The notes: generated by a model from the letters alone, not told the origin. A stretch of DNA of 60,206 bases from Eledone cirrhosa (GCA_964016885.1 CAXHJY010000100.1:1-60206), one strand, 5' to 3'. Shown: positions 25,668-39,846, counted from the stretch's first letter. Program-made: numbers and translations.

Positions 25668-25874
25668 CGATCGACTTTCGTCAAATCGGACCGAGGGAAC
25701 AATGTTTCCGTTGGTCTTTCCAATTGCTAATACTATCTATCGGTCGCAACTCCAGGTAGAAGGAGCAACGTGAAATAAAGTGTCTTGCTCAAGGACATAA
25801 CGCATCGCCTGGTCCAGGAATCGAACTCACAACCTTACGATTGCGAATACAATTCTTTAACCACTCAGCCATAC

Positions 25875-25877
<3 letters not shown>
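25668..25877 (-). mobile_element. tRNA-derived SINE family 2 (CORE-like)
   Basis: Minus strand: tggctgagtgg A-box, gagttcgattcc B-box, tgtccttgagcaagacact CORE-like motif; flanked by (TA)n. Confidence 0.8.
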
Positions 25878-25951
<74 letters not shown>

Positions 25952-25959
25952 GCATACAT

Positions 25960-26008
<49 letters not shown>

Positions 26009-26367
26009 CCCATTAACTACTGTGTGGCTGCCTACTTCTGACTTCAACACAAAAACCAAAAACCAACCTATCAAACCCTACTCTCACTACCCGTTCCTTA
26101 TTACGATTGTCACAGCAAAATAGTGTTTTCTACAAACAATACGGAAACACAACTTCGAATTTAAAGCACGAAATTGCACGCCTTAGTATATCAGAACTAA
26201 TTGGACTACTGTCAAACGTTTCCCATTCGATTTCTTAATTGTAATGTCAGCCTATTATATTGTTTGTCCCTATAGTATTCCATAGATATCTAGCTTCAAA
26301 ATACTTCACCACTTATATTCACCAATCATTGGTTTGGTCTTCTTTAAAGACTTGCAATTATTGTATC

Positions 26368-26445
<78 letters not shown>

Positions 26446-26498
26446 TAGATATATATATATATATATATAGACAATATATATATATATATTGTGTGTAT

Positions 26499-26557
<59 letters not shown>

Positions 26558-26639
26558 GTTATTCCGGGTTGAATCGGAGGTAACCACAGTAAGTAAGGTA
26601 CTCAATACATAGCAGAGTATAACAGTTTTAATATAGATG

Positions 26640-26690
26640 AGATTCTACAGGACTAGAACTGTTTCATTCATTAGAAATCATCAGGAATCT
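26640..26690 (-). ncRNA. Hammerhead ribozyme motif (family D); inverted partial copy at 26691-26740
   Basis: Minus strand: agattc-CTGATGA-t.ttc(taat)gaa.t-GAAA-cag(ttctagtc)ctg-TA-gaatct. Confidence 0.7.
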
Positions 26691-26737
26691 CTGATGATTT
26701 CTAATGAATGAAACAGTTCTAGTCCTGTAGAATCTCA

Positions 26738-26803
<66 letters not shown>

Positions 26804-26973
26804 CATATATGTTGTTGTGTGTGTGTGTGTGTGTGAATGTATATGTATGTATGTATAGGTGTCTGTGTGTGAGTATGGTTATTTCTGGGTGTGAATGCAA
26901 TCATGCATGCATGCACTGCTCACTTCAAACATGCAGAAACCTGCAACACCGACTGTGACACAAAAGAGTGAAT

Positions 26974-27044
<71 letters not shown>

Positions 27045-27060
27045 GGAGATTGACAGAGAC

Positions 27061-27120
<60 letters not shown>

Positions 27121-27127
<7 letters not shown>

Positions 27128-30100
27128 AAGTCAGACATTCGAATACTACATTACAATGAAACTTATGCTTATTCATTTTTGGGGCCCTTTCTGCCCGTGT
27201 GTTTGTTTGTTTATGTGTGTTCGTATACAGCGTGGTGATAATGCCACACAAGGGCCAAGTGGGATGGCGGATCCACAGATGGCTATGTAAACATACATTC
27301 GCCAATCCTCGATAAGAGTGTTTAAATATCGAACATAAACAGTTCGAATAACGGTGAAATGGAGACTAGAACGTCATGTGACAGACTCTCACCCAACAGG
27401 TGCCCCCTGGCTCAGCAGCAGGAACCTGACTGTCAACCAAATACTGCTGATGTTGGAGGAAGAAGAAGAAGGAAAGGGGCCAGAACCAACTGGACGAAAG
27501 AATTGAATAGAACTGTTATGCAATGCTACCTGAAAAGTAACCCCAAGGAGAGGGGCTACAGGAGACGGATGCATAACATCTGGAACGAGATTGGTTTATT
27601 TAAATTAGATGAACAAAAATTGGCCGGGCAGGCTCGGGTAATAAGAACTAATGGGTGGATAAGCGAGCTGGAACTGGAGGAACTGAGCAGAGAGAATGGC
27701 TTGGAGATGGCGGGTGTAGTATGCCAGACAAGCGAGCCGGCGGGAAATGAAGGTGAGGAGGTCCTGAGAACGGAGGAACCACCCGAAGCAGACAATGATC
27801 TGAATACTGAGATAAATAATACCTGGAACAGAGATACGGCCACTGAGGAGATGAATGCTGACGGGCTAGGACAAGATTCGGTTGACATCCTAAATTTAGT
27901 GGTAGATGAGTTGAACAATGATAGTGGGAGACCTATGAACCTAAGATTTGTAGACAGGAAAAAGTTAAAAGAAACAACAGCTAAGGTAAACAAAGTCATC
28001 CCATACCTTGAGGCGAGGAGTCTTCACCAGTGCAACAATATCCTCAAAGCAACAGCAAATACGGTGAGGAAACTACTTGGTATAAAAGCGAGAGGAAACA
28101 ACAGACAAGAAAGAGCAGAGCCGTGGTGGAAGAAGCGACTGAGTGGGCAAATCGGGGAAATGAGAAATGACATAGGAAAGCTTGAGTCACTACTGAATGG
28201 GACACTAAAAAACATAGGCACTAAAAATAGACTGGAAATAAAATACAAAACTAGGAGTAAAAAGCTAAATATTATCATAGAGGAACTGAAGCAACGCATT
28301 GTAGCAAAATCAGGCGATACGAGAACAGAGTCAGTCAGTATAAACAGAACCGCATGTTCGACAACAACCAGAAGATGCTGTTTGGACAGCTTGAGGGGAA
28401 AGAAAGAGGCAACGACTTGATCCCTGGGGCGGAACAAGCTAAAACATTCTGGAGAGGAATATGGGAGCAGGATGTTAGACACAATGCCCAGGCAGGGTGG
28501 ATTGAGACAGTACAGAGGGAGATCGGTGAGCAGGCACAGCAACAGACTGATTTGAGTATCACAGTTGAAACTCTTAAGGGGCAAGCCAAAAAACTAACCA
28601 ACTGGAACTCACCAGGCCCAGATGGTGTGCAGGGGTATTGGATTAAACATTTAACATCACTCCACCCGAAGCTGACGGCCATGTTCAATGACTGCTTGGT
28701 GTCGGGTGAGGTGCCAGAGTGGTTGACAAAAGGTACCACAGTTCTGATAATGAAAGACCGAATCAAGGGTAATGATGTTACCAACTATAGACCTATCACA
28801 TGTCTGCCCGTAATGTGGAAACTGTTGACGAGCATTGTGTCTGAGGAAATCTACCATCACCTCCACACAAACAACTTGTTACCGGACGAACAGAAAGGAT
28901 GCCGAAAGAAGTCACGTGGTACAAAGGACCAGTTGCTTATTGATAAGATGGTAATGGGGAATTGCAGGAGGAGACACACTGATCTTGCCATGGGATGGAT
29001 AGACTACAGAAAGGCATTTGACATGGTGCCTCATTCCTGGATCACCAAAAGCCTGGAGATCTTCAGGGTGGCAGATAACATCAGACAGTTGCTGGGCAGG
29101 AGTGTGGGGTCCTGGGAGACAGAGTTGACATCAACTGGAGTATCCTTGGGAAGCGTGAAGATCAAGAGAGGTATCTTCCAGGGAGATAGCCTGTCCCCTC
29201 TGTTGTTTGTCCTTGCCCTGATGCCCTTGACCATTATGCTGCGAAAAGTGAGAGCAGGATACAAGTTGGGAAGGGGAGAGCTTACCATCAATCACCTCCT
29301 CTTCATGGACGATCTTAAGCTCTTCGGGAAAAGTGAGAAGGAGTTGGATGTGCTTGTTGACACTGTCCGTATTTTCAGCAGTGATATATGTATGCAGTTT
29401 GGTATTGGTAAATGTGGAGTCATTGTGATGAAGAGGGGTAGGTTGAGCAGAAGTAACGGGATCCAGATACCAACAGGTGAGATGATAAAGGAAATTGACT
29501 CTGAGGAGGGATACAAGTATTTGGGCGTTCTGGAGGCTGATGGCATAAAGAACAAAAAAATGAAGGAATTGTTAAGAACTGAATACATTCGGAGAGTAAG
29601 GAGCGTATTGAAGTCACATCTGAACAGCAGAAATGCCATAAGCGCAGTAAATTCCCGAGCTGTGTCTATTATTAGGTACAGTGCGGGAATTCTGAGATGG
29701 AATGTTGCTGAACAAAAAGAAATGGATAGGAAGACTAGGAAGCTATTGACTATCTACAACATGTTCCACAAGAGGAGTGATGTCGATAGACTTAACCTAA
29801 GGAGATCTGAGGGTGGAAGAGGTCTTATCAGCATAGAGGACTGTGTTCAGATGGAGAAAAACAACCTATACAAATACGTGACCTATAGTAAGGAGCCAAT
29901 GCTCAGAGCTGTACTGAAGGAGGGGACAGTAGGCCAGGGGATATCCAAGGAGGAAATAACATCAAGGAGGAAGAGCAGCCTTAAGGGAAAATCCCTTCAT
30001 AGTACCTTCTTTGAGAAAACTGAATTTAGAGATCCACAGACATGGAACTGGTTGAGAAGAGGAGACCTCAAAAAGGCTACAGAAGGAATGCTAATGGCTG

Positions 30101-30815
30101 CGCAGGAGCAGGCCCTCAAAACGAAGTGGTTGAAGCACCATATCTACAAGGAGGAGGCTAGCCCACTGTGCAGGATCTGTGGAGAGAGAGAGGAGACTGT
30201 GGCTCACATTGTGTCCGAGTGTAAACACCTAGCCCAGACCCACTATAAGGGCTGGAGACACGATGTGATGGGCAGGGTGATCCACTGGCACCTGTGCAAA
30301 GTAAACAATCTACCACATTCTGAGAAATGGTATGAGCATAGGCCAGAGGCGGTGATGGAGAACAGTCAGGTGAAGGTGCTGTGGGATTTTAGGATACAGA
30401 CGGACAAAAAACTGGAACACAATAGACCTGACCTGGTGGTTGTGGACAAAGAAAAAAGATCGTGCCTGATTGTGGATGTGGCCTGCCCGTTCGACACGAG
30501 AGTGCAAGAGAAGGAGAGGGAGAAAATTAACCGATACCAGGACCTAAAGTGGGAGGTGAAAAGGATTTGGAACTGCCATGAAGTCAAAGTGATCCCGATT
30601 GTCATAGGCGCACTGGGGACTATCTCCAAAGGTTTCCAGGGATGGTTAAAGAAAATCGGCCCCTTCACGCTTTTTGGAACGCTTCAAAAGGCATGCTTGC
30701 TTGGAACAGCAAGAACCCTCCGATACGTCCTGAATATCTGAGGCTGCAGGTAGTGGCTTGATATTCAATCCAACGGACTTTCCAGTTAACCAACATCAAT
30801 GACTGAGATTCAAGG
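27121..30815 (+). mobile_element. R4/Dong-clade site-specific non-LTR retrotransposon in a (TAA)n tract
   Basis: Single RT-RLE polyprotein; (TAA)n upstream (27062-27120) and downstream (30816-30846); ~240-nt 5' UTR and ~75-nt 3' UTR. Confidence 0.85.
27359..30741 (+). CDS. Reverse transcriptase + CCHC zinc knuckle + restriction-like endonuclease; one frameshift at ~28306-28309
   Basis: SPGPDG, NYRPITCL, EQKG, IDYRKAFDMV, QGDSLSP, LFMDD, YKYLG, CRICGEREETVAHIVSEC, RHD, RPDLVV..DVACP..EKINRY. Adding one A to gcaaaatc joins ORFs 27359 and 28354 into 1127 aa. Confidence 0.9.
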
Positions 30816-31037
30816 AATAACAATAACAATAATAATAATAATAATAGATTACAATGAGAATAAATAATCATGTATTCGTTGAATAATGACCCTCAACACG
30901 TCTCTATGTAGACATGAGATGTTTTCAGATGATCAAAACGTCTCAATGTACACATGAGAAGTGTTTCCGATCTCCTTCTCATCAACGAATATAGAATGTA
31001 TGGAGAAAATACACATGTATATATACATTATATACAC

Positions 31038-31093
<56 letters not shown>

Positions 31094-31690
31094 GTATACA
31101 GCTTCCATTCAGGATCATATAAGTAGAAGTGGTTTTTTTTCTTCTTGGCTATAAATTTAAATATGCTATGCGCGCGAGCGCGCGCGCGTGTGTGTGTGTC
31201 CGTGTGTGTGTCCGTGTGTGTGTGTCTGTGTGCATGTCTGTGTATCTGTGTGTCTGTGTGTTTGTCTCCGTGTGTGTGTTTGTCTGCGTGTTTGTGTCTG
31301 TGTGCCTGGGTGTGTCTGTGTGTGTGTCTGTGTGTGTGTGTATGTCTGTCCGTGTGTGTCTGTGTGTGTGTATGTCTGTCTGTGTGTTTATGAGTTGAGT
31401 TTAATCCAATTACGCTCGGACCAAGGGTTTCGTTTCTCATTGTTTTCCAGTCGTCTGAATCCGATAGTGTACACAGTGATAAGACAATTGAATAACAACA
31501 TAATAACAAACAAACCACACAGACATTAGAAGGCCCTCAATGGACAGATTATACATAAATCATATCATAACATTTATTAGAAATTTAAGTTTGCTTCTCT
31601 CTCGGAATAGCTATTTTCTTATTTCCACTTGAAAAAAATCCTGAACTGGCGAGAATTAAGTATATATTTGTCGTACACGGTATATTAAAA

Positions 31691-31728
<38 letters not shown>

Positions 31729-31869
31729 CATACACAAAACGCCAGCACCAACAGTTTTGCAAGAGATGTCAACATGAATGGACCTGTTATTTTTATCTAA
31801 AGACATTTTTTCCAATTTTTTCCAATTCCATCCCGCCCGTCCCCTCAATCTATTTTATTTCTCATTCTT

Positions 31870-31905
31870 TCTTCTAATGAAGGACTAGTGTCCGAAACGT
31901 TAAGA
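31870..31905 (+). ncRNA. Degenerate minimal hammerhead (CTAATGA core)
   Basis: tctt-CTAATGA-a.gga(ctagtg)tcc-GAAAC-GTT-aaga. Confidence 0.5.
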
Positions 31906-32066
31906 CCCTCTTCCTGGTATATCAAGCATTAACCTAATATATACCTTCCATATACTGTACCGATTGTGTTGTTATTTCTGTTTACATTTTACATACACAT
32001 ATACAAGCAAAAGAATGAATGAATTAAGGAGTTACAAGCCGTTAAAACAATTCTTTTATATAGCTG

Positions 32067-32099
32067 TTACACGTGTTTCGTCCAGAAGGGCTCTTCAGA
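32067..32099 (-). ncRNA. Hammerhead core with broken stem I
   Basis: Minus strand: CTGAAGA-gccc(ttct)ggac-GAAAC-acgt-GTA. Confidence 0.45.
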
Positions 32100-32129
32100 G
32101 GCAGAAGTTCTTATGATTACATCAGTAAG

Positions 32130-32164
<35 letters not shown>

Positions 32165-32218
32165 TAGTCGTTTTGGAAGGATCAACAATGCCTATGGGTA
32201 AATCTCTGGGTAACAGAG

Positions 32219-32395
32219 TAATTGTTTTTACTTTAGGCACAATGCCAGCAATTACCTAGTACATTACTGGTACTTTATTTTATCCACCCCGTAAGGATGA
32301 AAGGCAAAGTCAACCTTGGCGGGATTTGAACTCAGACTGTAAAGGGACGTAACTATGCTAGAAAGCATGGCGTCCAACCCTCTACCGATACTGCC
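32219..32395 (-). mobile_element. SINE family 1, near full length
   Basis: All diagnostic blocks present. Confidence 0.85.
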
Positions 32396-32445
32396 TAATG
32401 AGAGAGAGATGTAAGCGGAATAACTATCTCTCTCCCCCCCATCTC

Positions 32446-32538
<93 letters not shown>

Positions 32539-33037
32539 TTAAAGGTTAAACAAGGTTCAATGAATAAATCACTGAATCGAGTTTTACAATATTTATATAT
32601 ATATTTTAGCATCCTCTAATTATACGCTATTTATCCACGACAATATAAATCTCTCTCCCTATGTTTTATACTATAACAATTATTTTCTCCTCGTCTCTCT
32701 ACCCTTAATCAATTTTCTTTTGATTTTGTGCATAAGATAATTCTATACTTCTAGTAACTCTCTTTTTCCTCATCTGTTTCTCTCTGTCTTTCACTTCTTC
32801 TTTCTTCAATAATTTAAATTATTTGAATCTCTAACAGTTATGTATGTTTCTATTATATTAGTAGTTGTTTATTATTATGTATCTTTATAAGCTTTCTCAC
32901 ACGCACCCTCTGTATTATATGTCATTTTTTCATGTCTCTATTTTAAGGTATATAAATATTGAGTTTTGTTCTATCTTATTCACTGCCATGACTGAATTTT
33001 AGCCATCTACTTAGTCAGGGTATGTCATGCATCATCT

Positions 33038-33104
33038 TATTTTATCTGATGAGGACGTACTGTTGAAGATAGCTCAGTACCTCTGAAATATGTATAATAA
33101 AATA
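33038..33104 (+). ncRNA. Hammerhead ribozyme motif (family A)
   Basis: tattttat-CTGATGA-ggac.gtactg...cagtac.ctct-GAAA-tatgta-TA-ataaaata. Confidence 0.65.
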
Positions 33105-33169
33105 TACTTGATCACACGAATGTCTATTTTTGTTAATATTTTGAATTAATATATATATATTATATATAT

Positions 33170-33428
33170 AGTAGTAGTGGTAGTGGTAGCAGTAGGTAGT
33201 AGTAGTAGTAGTGGTAGTAGTAGTAGTAGTAGCAGCAGTAGTAGTGGTAGTAGTAGTAGTAGTAGTAGCAGCAGTAGCAGTAGTAGTAGTAGCAGTAGTA
33301 GTAGTGGTAGTAGTAGTAGTAGTAGCAGTAGTAGTAGTAGTAGTAGCAGCAGCAGCAGCAGTAGTAGTAGCAGTAGTAGCAGTAGCAGTAGCAGTAGTAG
33401 TAGCAGTAGCAGTAGTAGTAACAGTAGT

Positions 33429-33462
<34 letters not shown>

Positions 33463-33520
33463 ATATTAGTAGTAGTAGCAGTAGCAGCAGCAGTAGTAGT
33501 AGTAGCAGTGGCGGTGGTGC
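33170..33520. repeat. (GTA/GCA)n trinucleotide repeat
   Basis: Direct inspection. Confidence 0.95.
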
Positions 33521-33887
33521 TGTGGCGATTTTCTCACGTTTCAACAGCCACGATAATTAGCAGATCGTTTTATTTCTACCAATAAAAGTTGCTACAGTTT
33601 CATCTCTGATGACGGCTGTTTGTTGTAATAAAATATTAAATACTTGTTCAATGGAGACTCAATTATTAAATACTTCACAATTATTAGTATTTAAACTATC
33701 TTTCCAGAAAGTTCCCAAGATAAAGACAAAAACAAACTAACTACGAAAATATATTTAGAACAAAGATCTTGACTGTAAAAGAATACATTATATTGAAGCG
33801 AAATTTTTGATGAAAACAAACACACACGTATGTATGTATATATATATGTATATATATATATATATATATAAATACGTAGGTGTGCGT

Positions 33888-33904
<17 letters not shown>

Positions 33905-33922
<18 letters not shown>

Positions 33923-34012
33923 CATAAATATATATGTGTGTGTCTATATGTAAAAAGTAAACAAAAATAACAAAGCAAACCACACAGTACAATGAATATA
34001 TGCATACATATA

Positions 34013-34073
<61 letters not shown>

Positions 34074-34200
34074 CATATGTATGTATAAATATAAATTATA
34101 TATATACATATGTATGTATATAATCATTGTACTGTGTGGTTTGCTTTGTTATTTTTGTTTACTTTTTACATATACACACACACACATATATATTTATGTA

Positions 34201-34215
<15 letters not shown>
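33905..34215. repeat. Inverted repeat (~90-bp arms) around a (TA)n spacer
   Basis: tgtaaaaagtaaacaaaaataacaaagcaaaccacacagtacaatga and its reverse complement starting at 34124. Confidence 0.85.
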
Positions 34216-34231
<16 letters not shown>

Positions 34232-34393
34232 CTATATATATACATATATACATATATACATAAATATATATGTATGTATATGTAAAAAGTAAACAGTATA
34301 TATATATATATATACATATATATGTATATTTATATATATACATATATACATACATACATAAATATATATGTATGTATATGTAAAAAGTAAACA

Positions 34394-34464
<71 letters not shown>

Positions 34465-34943
34465 ATTGTTGTGTAATGTTGCATCATACACAACAAACAC
34501 GAGGAGGTAGGTATGTTATAGGAGCGGAGAACGATTGATATGAGGTTTAAAAATTAAAACACAAAATATAAATTGTTTAACTACATTTATACAACACAAA
34601 CAATTTTTCAAAAATGGACGCCACCAATTTATGAAGCATAACAGATATCAAACGGCCATTTTGTTTGTTCTTAGTGTAATATCACAAACAATTACACTAT
34701 ATTATAAACTATTATATTAGAAAATCTATGCACGATAAATATTCTATCTGACCATATAAGAACTGTTATATAACTACGTACACACGGGACGGCCAACACA
34801 CAAGAGGAATGGCGATTCTTAGAATACATAAAAGAGTTGTTAAAAAGGTTTAACCTCATATTACGCGTAGAGAAAGACACACGTGTGCGTCCACACACAC
34901 ATATATATATATACATTCATACACTCAGATACGCACAAAATAT

Positions 34944-35112
<169 letters not shown>

Positions 35113-35122
35113 TTTATGTATG

Positions 35123-35173
<51 letters not shown>

Positions 35174-35190
35174 CTGTATATATACATATA

Positions 35191-35402
35191 GAGGCGCGTG
35201 GCTGAGTGTTTAGAGGATTTGATTCACAATCGTGAGGTTGTGAGTTCGATTCCCACACCGGGCGATGCGTTATGTCCTTGAGCAAGACACTTTATTTTAT
35301 GTTGCTCCTTCTACCTGGAGTTGCGATCGATAGATAGTATTGGCAATTGGAAAAACCAATGGAGACGTTGTTTCCTCGGTCCGATTTGACGAGAGTCGAT
35401 CG
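35191..35402 (+). mobile_element. SINE family 2 (CORE-like), full length
   Basis: A-box, B-box gagttcgattccc, tgtccttgagcaagacact. Confidence 0.85.
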
Positions 35403-35451
35403 ACTGTCGATATCTACATATATACATATATATAAACATACACACACACAC

Positions 35452-35514
<63 letters not shown>

Positions 35515-35583
35515 AACATACACACACACACACACATATATATATATAAACATACACACACACACACATATACATATATATAT

Positions 35584-35622
<39 letters not shown>

Positions 35623-35659
35623 CATATATATACATATACACACACACACACATATATAC

Positions 35660-35730
<71 letters not shown>

Positions 35731-35831
35731 TATACATATATATATAAACATACACACACACACACACACACATATATACATATACACATATATACATATA
35801 TATACATATACACACACACACACGTATATAC

Positions 35832-35866
<35 letters not shown>

Positions 35867-35927
35867 TATATATACATATACACATATATACATATATATA
35901 CATATACACACACACACACGTATATAC

Positions 35928-35978
<51 letters not shown>

Positions 35979-36077
35979 AACATACACACACACACACACA
36001 TATATATAAACATACACACACACATATACATATATATATAAACATACACACACACACACATATACATATATATATAA

Positions 36078-36124
<47 letters not shown>

Positions 36125-36539
36125 CATATATATACATATACACACACACACACATATATACATATATATAAATGTATGTGTTTGTGTGCATGCATGCGAA
36201 CATTAAAAATATACTTCATGCTGGCCTCTGTTAGTTTCGCAGTGAATGACCTGACGATGAATGGGTCGTTGAGGCGGGCCGGGAGGAACGTGCTCATCCT
36301 CCAGGTTTTGGTTTAAAGTGAAGCGTAGGGTGGAACGAGGCGAAGGAGGAGTTGGTTATAAGGACACCGAAACACCTCCCCTTCCGTTCTTTCCTTTTAA
36401 CACTGAATCTAGAATGTGGGAGGGAGGCGTCACTATTCTGAGGTTGCTCGTGCTGGTGTAACTTCCTTTGAAGAGCGGTCAGCCTCGAAGGGGTTGAGCT
36501 CGGTTCCCCTACAATCGTGAAGGCCTTCATTATCTTGAA

Positions 36540-36672
36540 ACGTCCCTTTACGATCTGAGTTCAAATCCCGCCGAGGTTGACTTTGCCTTTCATCCTTACG
36601 GGGTCGATAAAATAAAGTACCAGTAATACACTGGGTAATTGCTGGCCTTGTGCCTAACGTAGAAACAGTTAT
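36540..36672 (+). mobile_element. SINE family 1, 5'-truncated
   Basis: B-box, core and tail present. Confidence 0.85.
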
Positions 36673-36819
36673 CTTGAAAGGGAATTAAGGAGCGGCAAAA
36701 ATGTGGTCATACTCAATTGAATTCAATAGTCATCTTATACACAAACACATACACACACACACATATATATGTGTGTGTATGTATGTGTATATATATATTT
36801 ATATGTCCACAGTTATACA

Positions 36820-36874
<55 letters not shown>

Positions 36875-37039
36875 CCGTTGGTCTTTCCAATTGCCAATAC
36901 TATCTATCGGTCGCAACTCCAGGTAGAAGGAGCAACGTGAAATAAAGTGTCTTGCTCAAGGACATAACGCATCGCCTGGAATCGAACTCACAACCTCACG
37001 ATTGCGAATCCAATTCTCTTACCACTCTGCCACACACCT
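36875..37039 (-). mobile_element. SINE family 2 copy
   Basis: Matches 25708-25877. Confidence 0.8.
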
Positions 37040-37138
37040 TCACTATATATATATATATATGTGTGTTGTATATATATGTATATATATATATATCTATATC
37101 TATATCTATATATATATGTGTTTATATATATATATGTG

Positions 37139-37199
<61 letters not shown>

Positions 37200-37323
37200 T
37201 TTATTTACGTGTCCCAACGACTTTTTTTAGCCGTTGCTCGCACCAACCGGTGGTATATGGTCTTTAAAGCGATGAAATACCAATGATGGTTGGAAGATCA
37301 CTGATGAAGGACTAACTTTATTC

Positions 37324-37386
<63 letters not shown>

Positions 37387-37553
37387 TATATATATATATT
37401 ATTCCAAATAATCAGTCTTGATTGATCAGGCAATCGACCGGCTATGATGTATTTAGACGCAAGCACTCCATGACTTTGATATCTTTAAAAAATGTGCATA
37501 AAGTGATGATGTAATACATAGATGTATATGCGATACCGACTCCCTACTTCCTT

Positions 37554-37648
<95 letters not shown>

Positions 37649-37669
37649 ACATATATTTAATATAGAATT

Positions 37670-37720
37670 GGCTTCTACAGGACGAGAACTGTTTCATTCG
37701 GGAGAAATCATCAGGAAGCC
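37670..37720 (-). ncRNA. Hammerhead ribozyme motif (family D)
   Basis: Minus strand: ggcttc-CTGATGA-tttc(tccc)gaat-GAAA-cag(ttctcgtc)ctg-TA-gaagcc. Confidence 0.7.
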
Positions 37721-37915
37721 CTGTGGTTACCCCTGATTCAACCCTGGATAAACTTTTATATAAATATATATATATTATAAAACATGAGAGCATCACGTAT
37801 CATTTTGGCTCACCATTACACAGACACACAGACACACAGACACACACACACACAGACACACACACACAGACATACACACACATCTATATATATATATACA
37901 CAAATACACACACAC

Positions 37916-38028
<113 letters not shown>

Positions 38029-38088
38029 TAAATATATATATATACATACGATATTAACAAATGGAAACTATATTTATAAAACCATATC

Positions 38089-38153
38089 TATTTCATTATA
38101 CATATTTCAAGGATACCATGTTAAATTATGGTATCCTTTCATCAGACAAAACA
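38089..38153 (-). ncRNA. Hammerhead ribozyme motif (family A)
   Basis: Perfect 11-bp stem II aaggataccat/atggtatcctt between CTGATGA and GAAA-tatgta-TA. Confidence 0.75.
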
Positions 38154-38722
38154 CAATATATACCAGTTTTATAAATAAATATTGACATACCCTTTCAAAA
38201 TGCTACCGTTACTTTTGGAAGACATCAGGATATATATATATATATATACATATATACAATAATGAGAGGTAAGTCTATAACTCCCTCACGGTAGAGTAAC
38301 CACAGAAGTATAGTGAGTACTTTCCAGCTAACACTATTTAAACTTCTAGTCTTCCTTAACACCCCGTCTGTAACCCCAGCCTTGTATGAGTGCCGCCTCC
38401 GCCATTCGTGGCATTTTTCATTGCTACAAGGGATTTAGCTCCGTTTCTTGACCGCTGTATCACGTGATAAGTCCCCCTCCGCCTTCCCGGGATTCTCTCG
38501 CGCGATGCAAACCTGTTTTGAAACTTTAAATGAGGTATTCTCTTGATAAGTTGGCAAACCTCACAAGAATGCTGCATCTCTATGATATAGGATTTTTGCA
38601 AAGTAGCCACGAAACTGTACAGTCGAGAATTAGAAGAAAAAATAGGCATTTATTTATTTATGTCTAATGTTTCTTCTTTCTTTATAATGTATTATATACA
38701 TATATATTTATATATATATATA

Positions 38723-38791
<69 letters not shown>

Positions 38792-38797
<6 letters not shown>

Positions 38798-39713
38798 GAT
38801 ATTAATAAATGGAAACTATATTTATAAAACCATATTTATTTCATTATACATATTTCAGGGATACCAAATTAAATTATGGTATGCCTTCATCAGACAAAAT
38901 ACAATATATATCAGTTTTACAAATAAGCTTTGACGTACCCTTTTAAAATGCAACCATTATTTTTGGAAGCCATCTGGATAGTGAATTGTTTATATTATTT
39001 TAATAAGTCTTAGTGTTAAGGACAATTAGAAAAAGACGGAGAGAAAGAAAAAAGACGGAGAGAGAGAAAAAAAGAAAAAGAAAAAACCTGGAGAAATATC
39101 GGAGAGAGAGAAATGCATGGAGAAAAAAGAGAGAGATAAATAAAGACAGGAGGAAAGAAAGAAAAAAGAAAAAAGAATAAAGAAAAAAGAAAAAAGAAAA
39201 AAGAAAAAAAGAAAAAAGAAAAAAAGAAAAAAGAAAAAAGAAAAAAGAAAAAAGAAAAAAGAAAAAGGGAAGAAATAAGAAAAACAAGAAAAACATAAGA
39301 AAAACTGTTTTTCTTATTTCTTCCTTTTTTCTTTTTTCTTTTTTCTTTCTTTCCTCCTGTCTTTATTTATCTCTCTCTTTTTTCTCCATGCATTTCTCTC
39401 TCTCCGATATTTCTCCAGGTTTTTTTTTTTCTTTTTTTCTCTCTCTCCGTCTTTTTTCTTTCTCTCCGTCTTTTTCTAATTGTCCTTAACACTAAGACTT
39501 ATTAAAATAATATAAACAATTCACTATCCAGATGGCTTCCAAAAATAATGGTTGCATTTTAAAAGGGTACGTCAAAGCTTATTTGTAAAACTGTTATATA
39601 TTGTATTTTGTCTGATGAAGGCATACTATAATTTAATTTGGTATCCCTGAAATATGTATAATGAAATAAATATGGTTTTATAAATATAGTTTCCATTTAT
39701 TAATATCGTATAT
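38792..39713. mobile_element. Large fold-back element (arms ~400-500 bp) with hammerheads at 38837-38901 (-) and 39604-39668 (+)
   Basis: Arms mirror each other except for the length of an A-rich tract; centre near 39300; (TA)n on the flanks. Confidence 0.85.
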
Positions 39714-39796
39714 CTACTCCAAATATTTGTCGAGTGCTTTATATCAGTTATAAAAATATTTACTTGTTGTATCCCAACAATTTTAAATAGAACTTT

Positions 39797-39846
<50 letters not shown>

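Noticed and set aside
33146-33585. Poly-Ser/Leu/Val ORFs
   Set aside because: (GTA/GCA)n microsatellite.
34692-34885. Faint resemblance to a decayed GIY-YIG endonuclease C-terminus (FSTR...NNSF...RHSS)
   Set aside because: Too few conserved residues to call without a profile search.
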